Source of the DNA: Polyangiaceae bacterium
GTDB lineage: Bacteria; Myxococcota_A; Polyangia; Polyangiales; Polyangiaceae
NCBI GenBank assembly: GCA_044376115.1
Contig: JBILLK010000003.1
Coordinates: forward strand, 32,001-96,000
DNA length: 64,000 nucleotides
Reading direction: 5' to 3'
In this document: positions 42,618 to 52,804 of the stretch, piece by piece
Layout of the letters: the number at the start of each line of letters is the position of its first letter
Position numbering within the stretch: the first letter of the stretch is position 1
Made by a program: the position numbers and the translations under genes
Notes under the pieces: model-generated
Seen by the model: only the letters and a program-made list of their open reading frames with translations
Database searches by the model: none
Told to the model about the DNA's origin: nothing

Positions 42618-43520
42618 GTGGCCTCGCTCAAAGCCATCCGCAAGAGTATCTCCAGCGTCAAGTCGACGCAGAAGATCACCCGCGCCATGAAGATGGTTGC
42701 TGGTGCGCGACTCAATCGCGCCCAGCAACGCATCACCGAGCTTCGGCCCTACGCGCTCCGCACCCAAGAAGTGCTGAGCGAGATCGTCTCGCGCACCCGC
42801 GAGATGGCAGACAACGAGGAGAGCCCGGCAGCCGCTGCGGACCTTCTCCACCCGCTCTTGGCACGTCGTGAAGAAAAGCGCGTGCTCATGTTGGTGCTGA
42901 CGAGCGACCGCGGTCTTTGCGGTGCCTTCAACGCCAACATCAACAAGACCGCCGAGCGCGAGTACAAGAGCCGCACCGAGAAGGGGCAAGAGGTCAAAGT
43001 CATCGTCGTCGGCCGCAAGGGGCGAGACTACCTCCAGCGCCGAGACGTGCCCCTCGAGTACATCCCGAACGTTTGGGACAAGCTCACCTTCAACACCGCC
43101 AAGGACCTTGGCAAGAAGGTGCTGCAACCGTTCCTGACCGACAAGGTGGACGCCGTCTACGTGGTCTACAACGAGTTCAAGAGCGCCATGACCCAGAAGG
43201 TCGTGGCAGAACAGCTCGTTCCAGTGCCGCCGACGGAAGACACCGATGGCGTCAACGCTGGAGAGTTCATCTTCGAGCCGAGCCGCCCAGTGTTGCTCGA
43301 CCATCTTGCGCCGCTCTACATCGACGTATCGATCATGCGGGCGCTTTACGAGTCTCAGGCCAGCGAGCTTGGTGCGCGTATGACAGCGATGGATTCAGCG
43401 ACCAAGAACGCTACCGAGATGATCGACAAGCTCACGCTCCAGTACAACAAGGCGCGCCAAGCAGCGATCACCAAGGAGCTCATGGAGATCATCGGCGGTA
43501 GCGAGGCGATCAAAGACTGA
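42618..43520 (+). CDS. atpG: ATP synthase F1 subunit gamma
   Basis: TQKITRAMKMVA, TSDRGLCG.FN, ARMTAMDSAT.NA, YNKARQAAIT.E..EI..G. Confidence 0.99.
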   Translation: MASLKAIRKSISSVKSTQKITRAMKMVAGARLNRAQQRITELRPYALRTQEVLSEIVSRTREMADNEESPAAAADLLHPLLARREEKRVLMLVLTSDRGLCGAFNANINKTAEREYKSRTEKGQEVKVIVVGRKGRDYLQRRDVPLEYIPNVWDKLTFNTAKDLGKKVLQPFLTDKVDAVYVVYNEFKSAMTQKVVAEQLVPVPPTEDTDGVNAGEFIFEPSRPVLLDHLAPLYIDVSIMRALYESQASELGARMTAMDSATKNATEMIDKLTLQYNKARQAAITKELMEIIGGSEAIKD

Positions 43521-43589
43521 TCGGCTTTCCTCCTCTCATCGGAGCCACCGCATGGTTGGCTCCGCGCCGCCACCACCGAGCCTCGCAAC

Positions 43590-44198
43590 GTGCTTCTCGA
43601 AATCAATCCACAACATCCTGAGCCTCGCAAAGTGCGTCAAGCACTCGAGGTCTTGGAACGAGGCGGCCTCATCGCCTACCCAACCGACACGGTGTACGGC
43701 CTCGGTTGCGACCTCATGAACAAGGGCGCGATCGAGCGGCTTTACCAGATGAAGTCGATGCAGAAGGCGAAGAGCCTCGCGTTCATCTGCCACGATCTCG
43801 GTGACATCGCGAAGTACGCGGTGGTGGACAACTGGGCCTACAGAATCCTCAAGCGGTTCTTACCCGGCCCGTATTGCTTCATTCTTCCAGCCACTCGTGA
43901 AGTGCCGAAAATGGTCCTGTCGAAGCAGAAGACCGTCGGCATTCGAGTGCCGAACCATCCGGTGGTTACGACCCTGGCGAGAGAGCTTGGGCGGCCGATC
44001 ATTTCGAGCACCGCCAACGCCCCGGGTGAAGAGGCCTTCATCGATCCGGCGGAGCTTCGTGACTTCTTTCACGGGCTTGACCTCGTGCTGGACGGTGGAG
44101 CCTGTGGTGTGGACCCGACGACTGTGGTGGACCTATCGAACGGCCACGTCGAGATCGTGCGTGAGGGTGCGGGGCCGGTCGACGACCTGGTGGGATGA
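43590..44198 (+). CDS. Sua5/YrdC/YciO family protein (YciO-like)
   Basis: NPQHPEPR, YPTDTVYGLGC, PGPY.FIL, GIRVP, STAN, PTTVVDL. Confidence 0.92.
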   Translation: MLLEINPQHPEPRKVRQALEVLERGGLIAYPTDTVYGLGCDLMNKGAIERLYQMKSMQKAKSLAFICHDLGDIAKYAVVDNWAYRILKRFLPGPYCFILPATREVPKMVLSKQKTVGIRVPNHPVVTTLARELGRPIISSTANAPGEEAFIDPAELRDFFHGLDLVLDGGACGVDPTTVVDLSNGHVEIVREGAGPVDDLVG

Positions 44199-45796
44199 TG
44201 AGCAAGAGCGTCTACGACTTCGTCGTGGTGGGCGGTGGTTCATCGGGGTGTGCGGCAGCAGGTGAGCTCGCCCGCCGAGGCTTCTCGGTAGCGCTGCTCG
44301 AGGTCGGTGACGCAGCGGAGAGCCACCCCGAGTCGCTTCGTGCAGACGGTTATAAAGAGGCCTTCATCAACGACGCGTTGATGCATGAGCGCTTCACTAC
44401 GCGGCAGAATGAGTGTGGCGGCAGGCGTCTCTTCGCAGGCACCGGTCGTGGCGTTGGCGGAAGCGGTTCGATCAACGCGATGGTGTACACGCGCGGTTCG
44501 CGCGAGGACTACGAAGCGTTCGGTGACGGTTGGCGCTGGCCAGACGTCGCACCTCACTTCGAGGACCTCGAGCAGCGGCTCGAGCCCCGTCGTCGCGCCC
44601 CGACCGACTTCAATGAAGCCTGCATCAGCGCGGCCGAAGAACAGGGCTTTCGACGCAAGGAGGATCTCAATGATGGGGACCTGCGCGGAGTCCTTGGCTA
44701 CGAGTGGATGAACTTCAAAGGAGAGCAACGGCGCAATTCGTACGTGGCTTTCATTCGGGATCTGCAGCCGGCGAGCTTGCAGTTGTTCACCGGTTTCGAA
44801 GCGACGCGGCTCGAGTTTGACAAGGGCAGCTCGCCGCGAGCGGTGGGCGTTCACGTGCGAGGCAAAGATGGGCCCGCCTTCTTTGAGGCGCGTCATGAAG
44901 TGCTGCTGTGTCTCGGTGCTTTGGCGACTCCGGTGCTCTTGCTGCGCTCGGGCGTCGGCCCGCGAACGGAGCTGCGAGGGCTAGGTCTGGACTCGGTGGC
45001 GGACGCGCCGGGGGTTGGTCGCAATCTTCATGACCACCCCAACGTCACACTCTTCTTCCGCGGTAGCGCAGACCTCGATTCGGCCTACCCACAGCTCTAC
45101 GGCTTCCATCGGATGGCCGACGGCAAGGGGCCCTCGGACTGTTGTTTCGTCTTCTATCCCGCGCGCTCGTCCTTCCGTGAAGGTCTGATTCGGATGTTGC
45201 CGGCGATGCTGCTCCCTGGCGATCAGGGCCCAAAGAAGCGATTACTTCGCGGCTCGATCGAGACGCTGTTCAAGAGCCGGCTGGTGAACAATTTCGTCGA
45301 GCGGATGTGGGGCATCGTGGTGATCCTCGGCAAGCCGAAGAGCCGCGGTACGGTGCGGCTTGGCTCTGCTGATCCTGATGCGCCGGTGCACATTGACCCG
45401 GCCTATCTCACGCACCCGGAGGATGTGACTACCCTCATGCGTGGCATCGAAAAGGCGCGCCAAATCGCTGATTCCTCAGCGATGGGACCCTACCGCGGAG
45501 CAGAGCTGATTCCGGGCCCGCTCGGGCGGCTCGGAAAGAGCCAAGCCGCCGCCGACCGCGAGTTCCTGCGGCAGAACCTGATGACGACGTATCACTACGC
45601 CGGTACCGCTCGGCTCGGGGATGACGCGGATGCCGTCGTGGATCGGCGCCTCTTGGTGAAGAGCGTCCGTGGTCTCCGCATTGCGGATGCATCTGTGATT
45701 CCTGAGACTCCGGTGTCGGCGCTCAACGCTCCAAGCATGATGATCGGTCTGCGTGCAGCAAGGTTTGCGGCTGAAGACCATTCGCGCGAACGCTGA
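44198..45796 (+). CDS. GMC family oxidoreductase
   Basis: YDFVVVGGGSSG, GGSGSINAMVYTRG, GVGRNLHDH, YHYAGT, LRIADAS, NAP..MIG. Confidence 0.95.
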   Translation: MSKSVYDFVVVGGGSSGCAAAGELARRGFSVALLEVGDAAESHPESLRADGYKEAFINDALMHERFTTRQNECGGRRLFAGTGRGVGGSGSINAMVYTRGSREDYEAFGDGWRWPDVAPHFEDLEQRLEPRRRAPTDFNEACISAAEEQGFRRKEDLNDGDLRGVLGYEWMNFKGEQRRNSYVAFIRDLQPASLQLFTGFEATRLEFDKGSSPRAVGVHVRGKDGPAFFEARHEVLLCLGALATPVLLLRSGVGPRTELRGLGLDSVADAPGVGRNLHDHPNVTLFFRGSADLDSAYPQLYGFHRMADGKGPSDCCFVFYPARSSFREGLIRMLPAMLLPGDQGPKKRLLRGSIETLFKSRLVNNFVERMWGIVVILGKPKSRGTVRLGSADPDAPVHIDPAYLTHPEDVTTLMRGIEKARQIADSSAMGPYRGAELIPGPLGRLGKSQAAADREFLRQNLMTTYHYAGTARLGDDADAVVDRRLLVKSVRGLRIADASVIPETPVSALNAPSMMIGLRAARFAAEDHSRER

Positions 45797-46533
45797 TGCG
45801 GCGCGTAGTCGGTCTTGAGTTGCCTGCACGCTTCGGCGAACCGGGCGCAGTCCTGCGCGAGTTAGCGACGACGTTGCAAGCGCACGAAGGGGATCTCGTC
45901 CTGCTGCCGGAGTGCGCTTTGACCGGCTACCTCGATGCAGGCGGTGAATGCGATCTGCGTCCCTTCGCCGAGCCAGCCGTCCGTCTTGGCGAGGAGCTCT
46001 CGCATCGAGGGCCACACTCGATCGCGGCTCAGCTGGCTGAGTTGGCCTCGCGTCAAAAGCTTCACCTCGTAGCACCGTTGATCGAACGAACCCCGAACGG
46101 CTTCTTCAATTCGATGATCGGCGTGGCACCCGATCGGACCGTGTTTGTCCACTACCGCAAGCGGCACCCTTGGTTTCCTGAGCGCTGGGTCACCCCAGGA
46201 GAGCTGCCGTACGGAAGCTTCGAGCTTTTTGGCGCGCGCTTCCTCTTGGCCATCTGCTTCGACATTCATTTCGTCGCGGCCGAGGTACCCGCCCTCTTGC
46301 AAGCCGCGGACGTGCTGCTGTTTCCCAGCGCGTGGGTCGACGACGGGCGAGCCGATCTGCGCGGGCCCATCTTCCGAAAGCTGGCTGCTTCGTACAATCT
46401 CACCATCGTCAACGCCAACTGGGGGCCCGGCGCGCCCTTACTGCGCGGTCAAGGTCGCTCGCGCATCGTGACTGCGCAGGGGGAAACCCGTTTTATCGAG
46501 CCCAACGCGAACGCTGTCGTCCTCGAGCTTTGA
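45796..46533 (+). CDS. Carbon-nitrogen hydrolase (nitrilase superfamily)
   Basis: Glu-Lys-Cys triad: LLPE, YRKRH, ICFD. Confidence 0.92.
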   Translation: MRRVVGLELPARFGEPGAVLRELATTLQAHEGDLVLLPECALTGYLDAGGECDLRPFAEPAVRLGEELSHRGPHSIAAQLAELASRQKLHLVAPLIERTPNGFFNSMIGVAPDRTVFVHYRKRHPWFPERWVTPGELPYGSFELFGARFLLAICFDIHFVAAEVPALLQAADVLLFPSAWVDDGRADLRGPIFRKLAASYNLTIVNANWGPGAPLLRGQGRSRIVTAQGETRFIEPNANAVVLEL

Positions 46534-48894
46534 CTACGGCGCCGGCTCGGTCGGCGTGCTCGGTGGCGGCGCTTCATTCTCAACGGGCTTCTCGGCCTCC
46601 GGCACGGGCTCTTCCGCGGGCTTCGCAGACTCCGTTGGCTCCGTCCCCGTTAGGAACACCTCGTCGAGCGTGTCCTCCTGCTCGGGCAGTGGGAGCAAGC
46701 CCGAGGCAGGATCAATCCGTGTACGGCTCACTCCATTGGGGGCAGGGAACTGCGTTGACGGCTTTCCTTGGTGTGCCGCTCGCATGAAGGAAACGAACAC
46801 CGGCAGCGAAGTCGTTGCGCCGGATTCACCAGCGCCCAGCGGCACGTGATCGTCGAAGCCCGTCCACACCGTGCACGCAATGTCGGTGGAGTAGCCGGCG
46901 AACCAAGCGTCGCGGGCTTCATTGGACGTGCCGGTCTTGCCGGCGATAGGTCGCCGTAGAACCTTCGCAGCGCGACCCGTTCCGTCATTCACGACGCTCT
47001 CGAGCAGGTCGGTCACGACGTAGGCCTCGGACGGCTCGAGCACTCGCTTTCGCTCCGATTCGGCGAGCGGGACCTCGCGACCATCCGGCCCAACGATCTT
47101 AGCGATCAGCCGCGGCGCCTTCGCTTCGCCCATCCCAGCGAGACTGGCGTAGGCCGCCGCAAGTTCACGCGGGCTCACCTCGTAGGCTCCCAGCGCAAGG
47201 GAAGGCGTGGCTCCCAACTCGGACTCGATACCGAGCTCCGTTGCTAGGCTCACGACCTCCGCAGGCCCAACCTGACCAATCAGCCATGCAGCCGAGGTGT
47301 TGACGCTGCGAGAAAGCACGTCGCGCATGCGCTTGGGGCTGCCTGCCGCGAGCGGGTCGTGGTTCTTGGGGCGGTACCCGTTGAGCGTCGCTGGGTCCGT
47401 CGGTAGCAACGACGCGGCGGTGAACTTTCGGCTGCGGATGGCCTGCGCGTAGACGAACGGCTTGAACGAAGAGCCTGGCTGACGCTTGGATTGGCTCGCG
47501 CGATCCAAGGTTGCACGAGCACCCTCGTAGCTCCCTGCGATGGCGAGAATGTCGCGTGAGGCTACGTCGATCGCCACGATCGCACCCTGCGGGCCCAGCT
47601 CTAATTTGAGTGGCAGCAGCGTGGCAGGATCCTTCGGGGCTGGACCGTCGCCGAGCACGCTCACGCGCACCGGCGTCCCTAGTTCAGCAAACTTCGAGGC
47701 CACGAGCTTCTGCGGGTTGTAGCGCTCAGCCGAGGACAGGTTGACCCGCCCTTTACGTTTGCCAACGCGCACAAACAGCTCATTCTTTGCGTCGTCGGCG
47801 CCGGTGACCTCACCGAGGAAGATCTTGTGCTTCTCGCTGGTCGGGTCCCCTTCGTAGAGCGGTGGCAACTTCTTCGGCTTCTTCAACGGAGCAACGTTCT
47901 TCTGCCGCTTGTCGAAGCCGTCCAACCCATCGCGAAGGGCGCGCCGTGCCTCGATCTGAAGCTTGGGATCGATGGTCGTCTCGATCGTGTAACCGCCTTT
48001 GGCCGCATCCGGGCCGAGCTTGGCCTTCAACAGCGAGAGGGCCTCCGCCACCACCTCCGGCGCAAGCTCGTGAACATCGCTGGCCGAGCTGCTCAGCACG
48101 ACCGGCTCACGTTGCGCCTCATCGGCGATCTCCTGCTTTGCGAACCCCTTATCGACCATCTGCCCAAGGATGAACTCTCGGCGTGAGAGCGAGCGGTCGA
48201 GGTGTTCCCGTGGCGAGTAAATCGATGGCCCTTTCGGGATGCCGGCCAAGATGGTGGCTTCTCCGAGCGAGAGCTCCGCTATCCCTTTGCCAAAGTAATA
48301 GCGCGCAGCTTCTTCAACGCCGTAGCGCCCATGGCCGAAGTAGATGTGGTTCAGATAGAGCTCAAGGATCTCGTCCTTGCTCAGCTCCTGCTCAATCTTG
48401 CGCGAGAGAATGACCTCTTTGATCTTTCGCTCGTAGGTCTTCTCCTGCGTCAGGAGCACGTTCTTGACCACTTGTTGCGTGATCGTACTCGCCCCTTGGC
48501 GCGAGCTCTGCGAACGGAGATTGACCAAGATGGCCCGCAACATGCCGGGGTAGTCGAGGCCCTCGTGCTCGTAGAAGCTGGCGTCCTCTGCGGCCAGGAA
48601 GGCGAGCTTCACGTGGGGCGGGACGGCATCGAGCTTTACGACGGTACGGCGCTCAACGAAGTGCTCCCCGAGGAGCGTGCCATCGCGGGCGAGTACGCGC
48701 GTCACTTGCGGCGGAGAGTAGCGTTTCAACTCCACGGTCGTGGGGAGGTCACGCTCGAAGTGCCGAACGGCAACGGCGACTGCGGTCATGGCCGCTCCCC
48801 CAAGAATCAAGAGCAGCACCGCCAACCGAACGATCCATAGAAGCACCCGCCGCCGCGGCTTCTTGGCGCCATCAGGGTTGGGTTTATCGGCCAT
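46534..48894 (-). CDS. Class A penicillin-binding protein 1A
   Basis: AEDASFYEH.G, GASTITQQ, RKIKE, ELYLN; SSFK (SxxK), SVN, KTGT. Confidence 0.96.
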   Translation of the reverse strand: MADKPNPDGAKKPRRRVLLWIVRLAVLLLILGGAAMTAVAVAVRHFERDLPTTVELKRYSPPQVTRVLARDGTLLGEHFVERRTVVKLDAVPPHVKLAFLAAEDASFYEHEGLDYPGMLRAILVNLRSQSSRQGASTITQQVVKNVLLTQEKTYERKIKEVILSRKIEQELSKDEILELYLNHIYFGHGRYGVEEAARYYFGKGIAELSLGEATILAGIPKGPSIYSPREHLDRSLSRREFILGQMVDKGFAKQEIADEAQREPVVLSSSASDVHELAPEVVAEALSLLKAKLGPDAAKGGYTIETTIDPKLQIEARRALRDGLDGFDKRQKNVAPLKKPKKLPPLYEGDPTSEKHKIFLGEVTGADDAKNELFVRVGKRKGRVNLSSAERYNPQKLVASKFAELGTPVRVSVLGDGPAPKDPATLLPLKLELGPQGAIVAIDVASRDILAIAGSYEGARATLDRASQSKRQPGSSFKPFVYAQAIRSRKFTAASLLPTDPATLNGYRPKNHDPLAAGSPKRMRDVLSRSVNTSAAWLIGQVGPAEVVSLATELGIESELGATPSLALGAYEVSPRELAAAYASLAGMGEAKAPRLIAKIVGPDGREVPLAESERKRVLEPSEAYVVTDLLESVVNDGTGRAAKVLRRPIAGKTGTSNEARDAWFAGYSTDIACTVWTGFDDHVPLGAGESGATTSLPVFVSFMRAAHQGKPSTQFPAPNGVSRTRIDPASGLLPLPEQEDTLDEVFLTGTEPTESAKPAEEPVPEAEKPVENEAPPPSTPTEPAP

Positions 48895-48952
48895 CCTTCG
48901 TTCCCCTCACAACGCCTGAAGCCGAGGTCTGTGTTCCCGCCTTCGTCGTTCG

Positions 48953-50263
48953 CTACTGTCGTTGCGTGAGGAGGATCACCACAGTGGTCAGCCCAACGCC
49001 AATCAACAGGCAGGCGACGGCGACGATCAACAACGTCAGCATGTTCACCCCGCGCTTGGGTGCCGCGGGAGGCTGACCAACCAGCGCGTTGGGCGAACTC
49101 GCAGGCCCCATCGACGGGGCTGTTGGAGCCATGGGTGTCGGCGTTCCAAGTTGGGTCGGCGGAATGTTGCGCGGACCGCCTGGTTGCGACCCGAGCGGAT
49201 GGGGACGAACGCCAGGGCCGGAAGGAGGCGGGGCTGGAATAGGCGGCGCAACGGGTTGGAAAGGTCCAAGTAACCCGGCGCTCATCTTGATGGTCTTGGC
49301 CGTCTCGAGCGAGGAAGCCGGCCGGCCGAATTGTGGCCCACCGTCACTCACGGTTGGCTCTGCTCCAAAAGGGCCACCGTGCTCGAAGGGCCGCAAGGCG
49401 TCGGCGAACTCGGTAGCGGAGCTGAACCGGTGCTCGGGAGACTTCTGCAGCGCCTTCATGATCACGTCCGAAAGCCCCTTCGGAAACTGCTTCCCGGGGA
49501 TGCGCTCCGACAACGGGATGGGCGGCTTGGTCACATGCAGCTGAATGAACTCCATCGGAGTCTTCGCGTCGTACGGCAGTTTGCCCGTCAGCATCTCGTA
49601 CAGAATCGTCGCCAGCGAGTAGAGATCGCTGCGGGCATCGAGCTTCTTGCCCTGAGCCTGTTCCGGCGACATGAACTCGGGCGTGCCAAACACCATGCCT
49701 TCTTGCGTCAACATGATGCTCCCGGGCCTGAGTTCCCGCTCGGTCACTTTGGCCAAGCCGAAGTCGAGAACTTTGGCGTAGTCCTTCATGCCACCGTTGG
49801 TGGAGAGGAAGATGTTCTCCGGCTTCAGATCTCGATGGATGATGCCTTGAGTGTGGGCCTCTTGCAGCGCTCCGCAAACCTGCACCAAAATCGGCACCGA
49901 ACGTTCAATGCTCAGCGGGCCTTCCCGACGGACAACCTGGTTCAGGTTTCTCCCTTCGAGGTACTCCATCACGATGTAGAGCGAGCCGTCGTCGAGCTCC
50001 CCGAAGAGAAACACTTTGACCGTGTTGGGGTGGGTCAAGTGGCTCATCGCCCGGGCTTCTCGCCGAAAGCGAGCCGCGAGGTCCTTGCGATTGGTAAGCT
50101 TGGGGTGAAGGATCTTCACCGCTACCAGCCGGTTCATCGCGTGTTGAGCAGCGCGGTAAACCGAGCCCATCCCTCCCGAGCCGATCTTCTTCTCGATCGT
50201 GAACTGGCCTTCCACAATTGAGCGGCCGATGTTCGGATCGGGTTGAGCCTGGGCAGTCGACAT
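48953..50263 (-). CDS. Hanks-type Ser/Thr protein kinase with a C-terminal TM
   Basis: IGSGGMGSVY, VAVK, HRDLKPEN, DFG, GTPEFMSPEQ, DLYS. Confidence 0.97.
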   Translation of the reverse strand: MSTAQAQPDPNIGRSIVEGQFTIEKKIGSGGMGSVYRAAQHAMNRLVAVKILHPKLTNRKDLAARFRREARAMSHLTHPNTVKVFLFGELDDGSLYIVMEYLEGRNLNQVVRREGPLSIERSVPILVQVCGALQEAHTQGIIHRDLKPENIFLSTNGGMKDYAKVLDFGLAKVTERELRPGSIMLTQEGMVFGTPEFMSPEQAQGKKLDARSDLYSLATILYEMLTGKLPYDAKTPMEFIQLHVTKPPIPLSERIPGKQFPKGLSDVIMKALQKSPEHRFSSATEFADALRPFEHGGPFGAEPTVSDGGPQFGRPASSLETAKTIKMSAGLLGPFQPVAPPIPAPPPSGPGVRPHPLGSQPGGPRNIPPTQLGTPTPMAPTAPSMGPASSPNALVGQPPAAPKRGVNMLTLLIVAVACLLIGVGLTTVVILLTQRQ

Positions 50264-50358
50264 AGAGCGATTAACAAGCCTTTGAGCGCGCAGCGAGTCG
50301 CGCAAAGGGCCCGGGTTGGGCTCCAAGGCTAGCCGAGCCCCGCGCTCACGCGTGAAAA

Positions 50359-51159
50359 ATGTTTCACTGCTACCCTGTGTGGGTGCAAAGCGACTCGGGA
50401 ACGCCAACCATCCTTCAGAGTTCGGTCCTGCTCAAAGCAGGATTCCGGCATGGCTTCTTCACGCGAAATGGCGGCATCAGCGATGGGCCCTTTCGTTCCC
50501 TGAACCTCGCGTCAAACACTGGCGACGCGCTGGCGAACGTAACTGCCAATCGACGCGTTGCGGAGCAGGCCCTCGGCCTCGCCGCTGACAAGCTCTACTT
50601 CCTAAGTCAGGTGCACGGAGTTCATGCGGTTGAGCTGCTCGGAGCCGAGTCGTTCGAGCAGGTCGTGCGCGTCGAGGGGGATGCAACCTTGACCGGCGTT
50701 GCAGACATCGGTTGCGGCGTGCGCAGCGCCGACTGCGGCACGATCTTGCTAGGCGATGAACGGAGCGGTCGCGTCGCCGCGATTCATGCGGGATGGCGCG
50801 GCGTGGTGCTCGGCGTCATTGAAGCAGCTACCGCCGCGCTGCGTGGGAACCGACCGGCCAAGCTCATTGCAGCGGTGGGGCCGCACATCCAGCGTTGTTG
50901 CTTCGAGGTAGGGGAGGACGTTGCTGCACAGCTGGCGGCCTGCAGCTCGCTCGGGCAGTCCATTGTGGATCGTTCACGGGCTCGACCGCACGTAGACCTT
51001 CGGCGGTTGATGCGCAGCAAGCTCGAGGCTCTCAACGTTGAGCTCATCGAGGACGTCGGCGGTTGTACGGTGTGCGAACCAAGCCTGTATTTCTCGTTCC
51101 GACGGGATGGGCAGGCCAGTGGGCGTCTGCTCTCGGCCATCGTTGCGCGAACAGGTTGA
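50359..51159 (+). CDS. pgeF: PgeF/YfiH family protein
   Basis: HGFFTR.GG.S, SLN, QVHG, SADC, AIHAGWRG, GPHI..CCFEVG, CT...YFSFRR. Start uncertain. Confidence 0.92.
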   Translation: MFHCYPVWVQSDSGTPTILQSSVLLKAGFRHGFFTRNGGISDGPFRSLNLASNTGDALANVTANRRVAEQALGLAADKLYFLSQVHGVHAVELLGAESFEQVVRVEGDATLTGVADIGCGVRSADCGTILLGDERSGRVAAIHAGWRGVVLGVIEAATAALRGNRPAKLIAAVGPHIQRCCFEVGEDVAAQLAACSSLGQSIVDRSRARPHVDLRRLMRSKLEALNVELIEDVGGCTVCEPSLYFSFRRDGQASGRLLSAIVARTG

Positions 51160-51203
51160 GAGGAACCGGGGTACATCTCCAACGCTGGCGGGAGCCTTGA
51201 ACG

Positions 51204-51231
51204 AAAAAGGGCGACCCTTGCGAGTCGCCCT
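51204..51231 (-). terminator. Intrinsic terminator of metK
   Basis: Minus strand AGGGCGACTC-GCAA-GGGTCGCCCT followed by TTTT. Confidence 0.8.
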
Positions 51232-51255
51232 CCTCACTACGCGCTTTCGCCTTGA

Positions 51256-52527
51256 TTAGGCGTTGGCTTGGGCCTTCGCGCCCTTCTTCTTGGCTTTGGC
51301 TTTGGCTTTGGGCTGAGCCTTTGCGGCAGCCTTGGCGCCGTTGCTGCTGCCGTTGACGGCGGTGGCGCTCGGTCGCGAAAGATCATCAGCCATCTTGGCT
51401 GCGCGGACCGTCTTCTCCCAGCTGAAATCGCTACGACCGAAGTGACCGTAGGCGGCCGTTGCGTAGTAACCCGGTCGAAGGAGATCGAGCTCCTCGATCA
51501 GGGCCTTCGGGCGCATATCGAAGTTTTGGAGGATGTAGCGTTCAAGGACTTCATCAGCGATGCGGCCGGTGCCGAACGTGTTGATGTACACGCCGACGGG
51601 CTGGGCTACGCCGATGGCGTACGCGATCTGAACCTCACAACGCTGAGCGAGCTTCGCCGCGACGACGTTCTTCGCCACGTAGCGAGCGTAGTAGCAAGCC
51701 GAGCGGTCAACCTTGGACGGGTCTTTGCCGCTGAAAGCGCCACCGCCGTGCCGACCCATGCCACCGTAGGTATCAACGATGATCTTGCGGCCGGTGAGGC
51801 CCGCATCGCCGTTTGGTCCGCCGATGACAAAGCGCCCGGTTGGATTCACGTAGATCTTGGTGTTCTTGTCCATCAGCTTGGCCGGGATCACCTTGCTGAT
51901 CACGAGCTCGCGCATGGCATCCGAGATCGTCTTGTGTTTCACCGACTCAGCGTGCTGCGTCGAGAGGACCACGGTGGCGACGCGCGCAACGGTGTTGCCC
52001 TCGTACTCAACCGTGACCTGCGTCTTGCCGTCGGGCCGTAGCCAATCCACCTGGCGCTTCTTGCGCACGTCGGTGAGCTTCTTTGCGAGTTGGTGCGCGA
52101 AGGTGATTGGCGCAGGCATCAGCTCGTTGGTCTCGTCGGTGGCGTAGCCGAACATCAGACCCTGGTCACCAGCGCCCTGCTCCTTGTAGAGGCCAGAGCC
52201 TTCGGTAACGCCTTGGGCGATATCAGGTGACTGCTGCTCGATGGCGGTAAGGACAGCGCAAGTGCTGCCGTCGAAGCCCATCGATGAGTCGGTGTAGCCG
52301 ATGTCCCGAATCGTGTTTCGAATCACGGCCGGGTAGTCAACGATGGCCGTCGTGGTGATCTCACCAGCTACGATCGCGTAGCCCGTCTTGACCATCGTTT
52401 CGCAGGCGACGCGAGCCTTCGGATCCGAGGTAAGGATGGTGTCGAGGATGGCGTCCGAGATCTTGTCGCAGACCTTGTCCGGGTGACCTTCGGTGACGGA
52501 CTCAGATGTAAATTGATAGCGTCGCAT
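51256..52527 (-). CDS. metK: S-adenosylmethionine synthetase
   Basis: [52 protein letters not shown]; Lys/Ala-rich tail. Confidence 0.99.
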   Translation of the reverse strand: MRRYQFTSESVTEGHPDKVCDKISDAILDTILTSDPKARVACETMVKTGYAIVAGEITTTAIVDYPAVIRNTIRDIGYTDSSMGFDGSTCAVLTAIEQQSPDIAQGVTEGSGLYKEQGAGDQGLMFGYATDETNELMPAPITFAHQLAKKLTDVRKKRQVDWLRPDGKTQVTVEYEGNTVARVATVVLSTQHAESVKHKTISDAMRELVISKVIPAKLMDKNTKIYVNPTGRFVIGGPNGDAGLTGRKIIVDTYGGMGRHGGGAFSGKDPSKVDRSACYYARYVAKNVVAAKLAQRCEVQIAYAIGVAQPVGVYINTFGTGRIADEVLERYILQNFDMRPKALIEELDLLRPGYYATAAYGHFGRSDFSWEKTVRAAKMADDLSRPSATAVNGSSNGAKAAAKAQPKAKAKAKKKGAKAQANA

Positions 52528-52804
52528 GCGAGGGGCCTCTCTAAATTTAGACCCACCGTCTAGGCGGCCGCTCATTCGGGGTCAACCATCGAAGCGAACG
52601 GCTCGCCAAGAAAACAGATTCTCGGCTTGCATGTGAGCCAGAGCTCGAAAGCTTGTGCTGCAGTCGGCGAGTCCTGCCTTTCAAAGGCGAAGGGCCGGTC
52701 TCGCGACCAGCCCCTCATGTTCGACCTCTAGGTGAAGCTCGAATGACCCGAGCGGGCACCGCCCGAGTCATTCTGTTCACTGCATCCGCCTTCGGCGGAA
52801 TGAC

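Noticed and set aside
52528..52800. SAM riboswitch upstream of metK
   Set aside because: No SAM-I, SAM-II or SAM-IV consensus elements recognisable.
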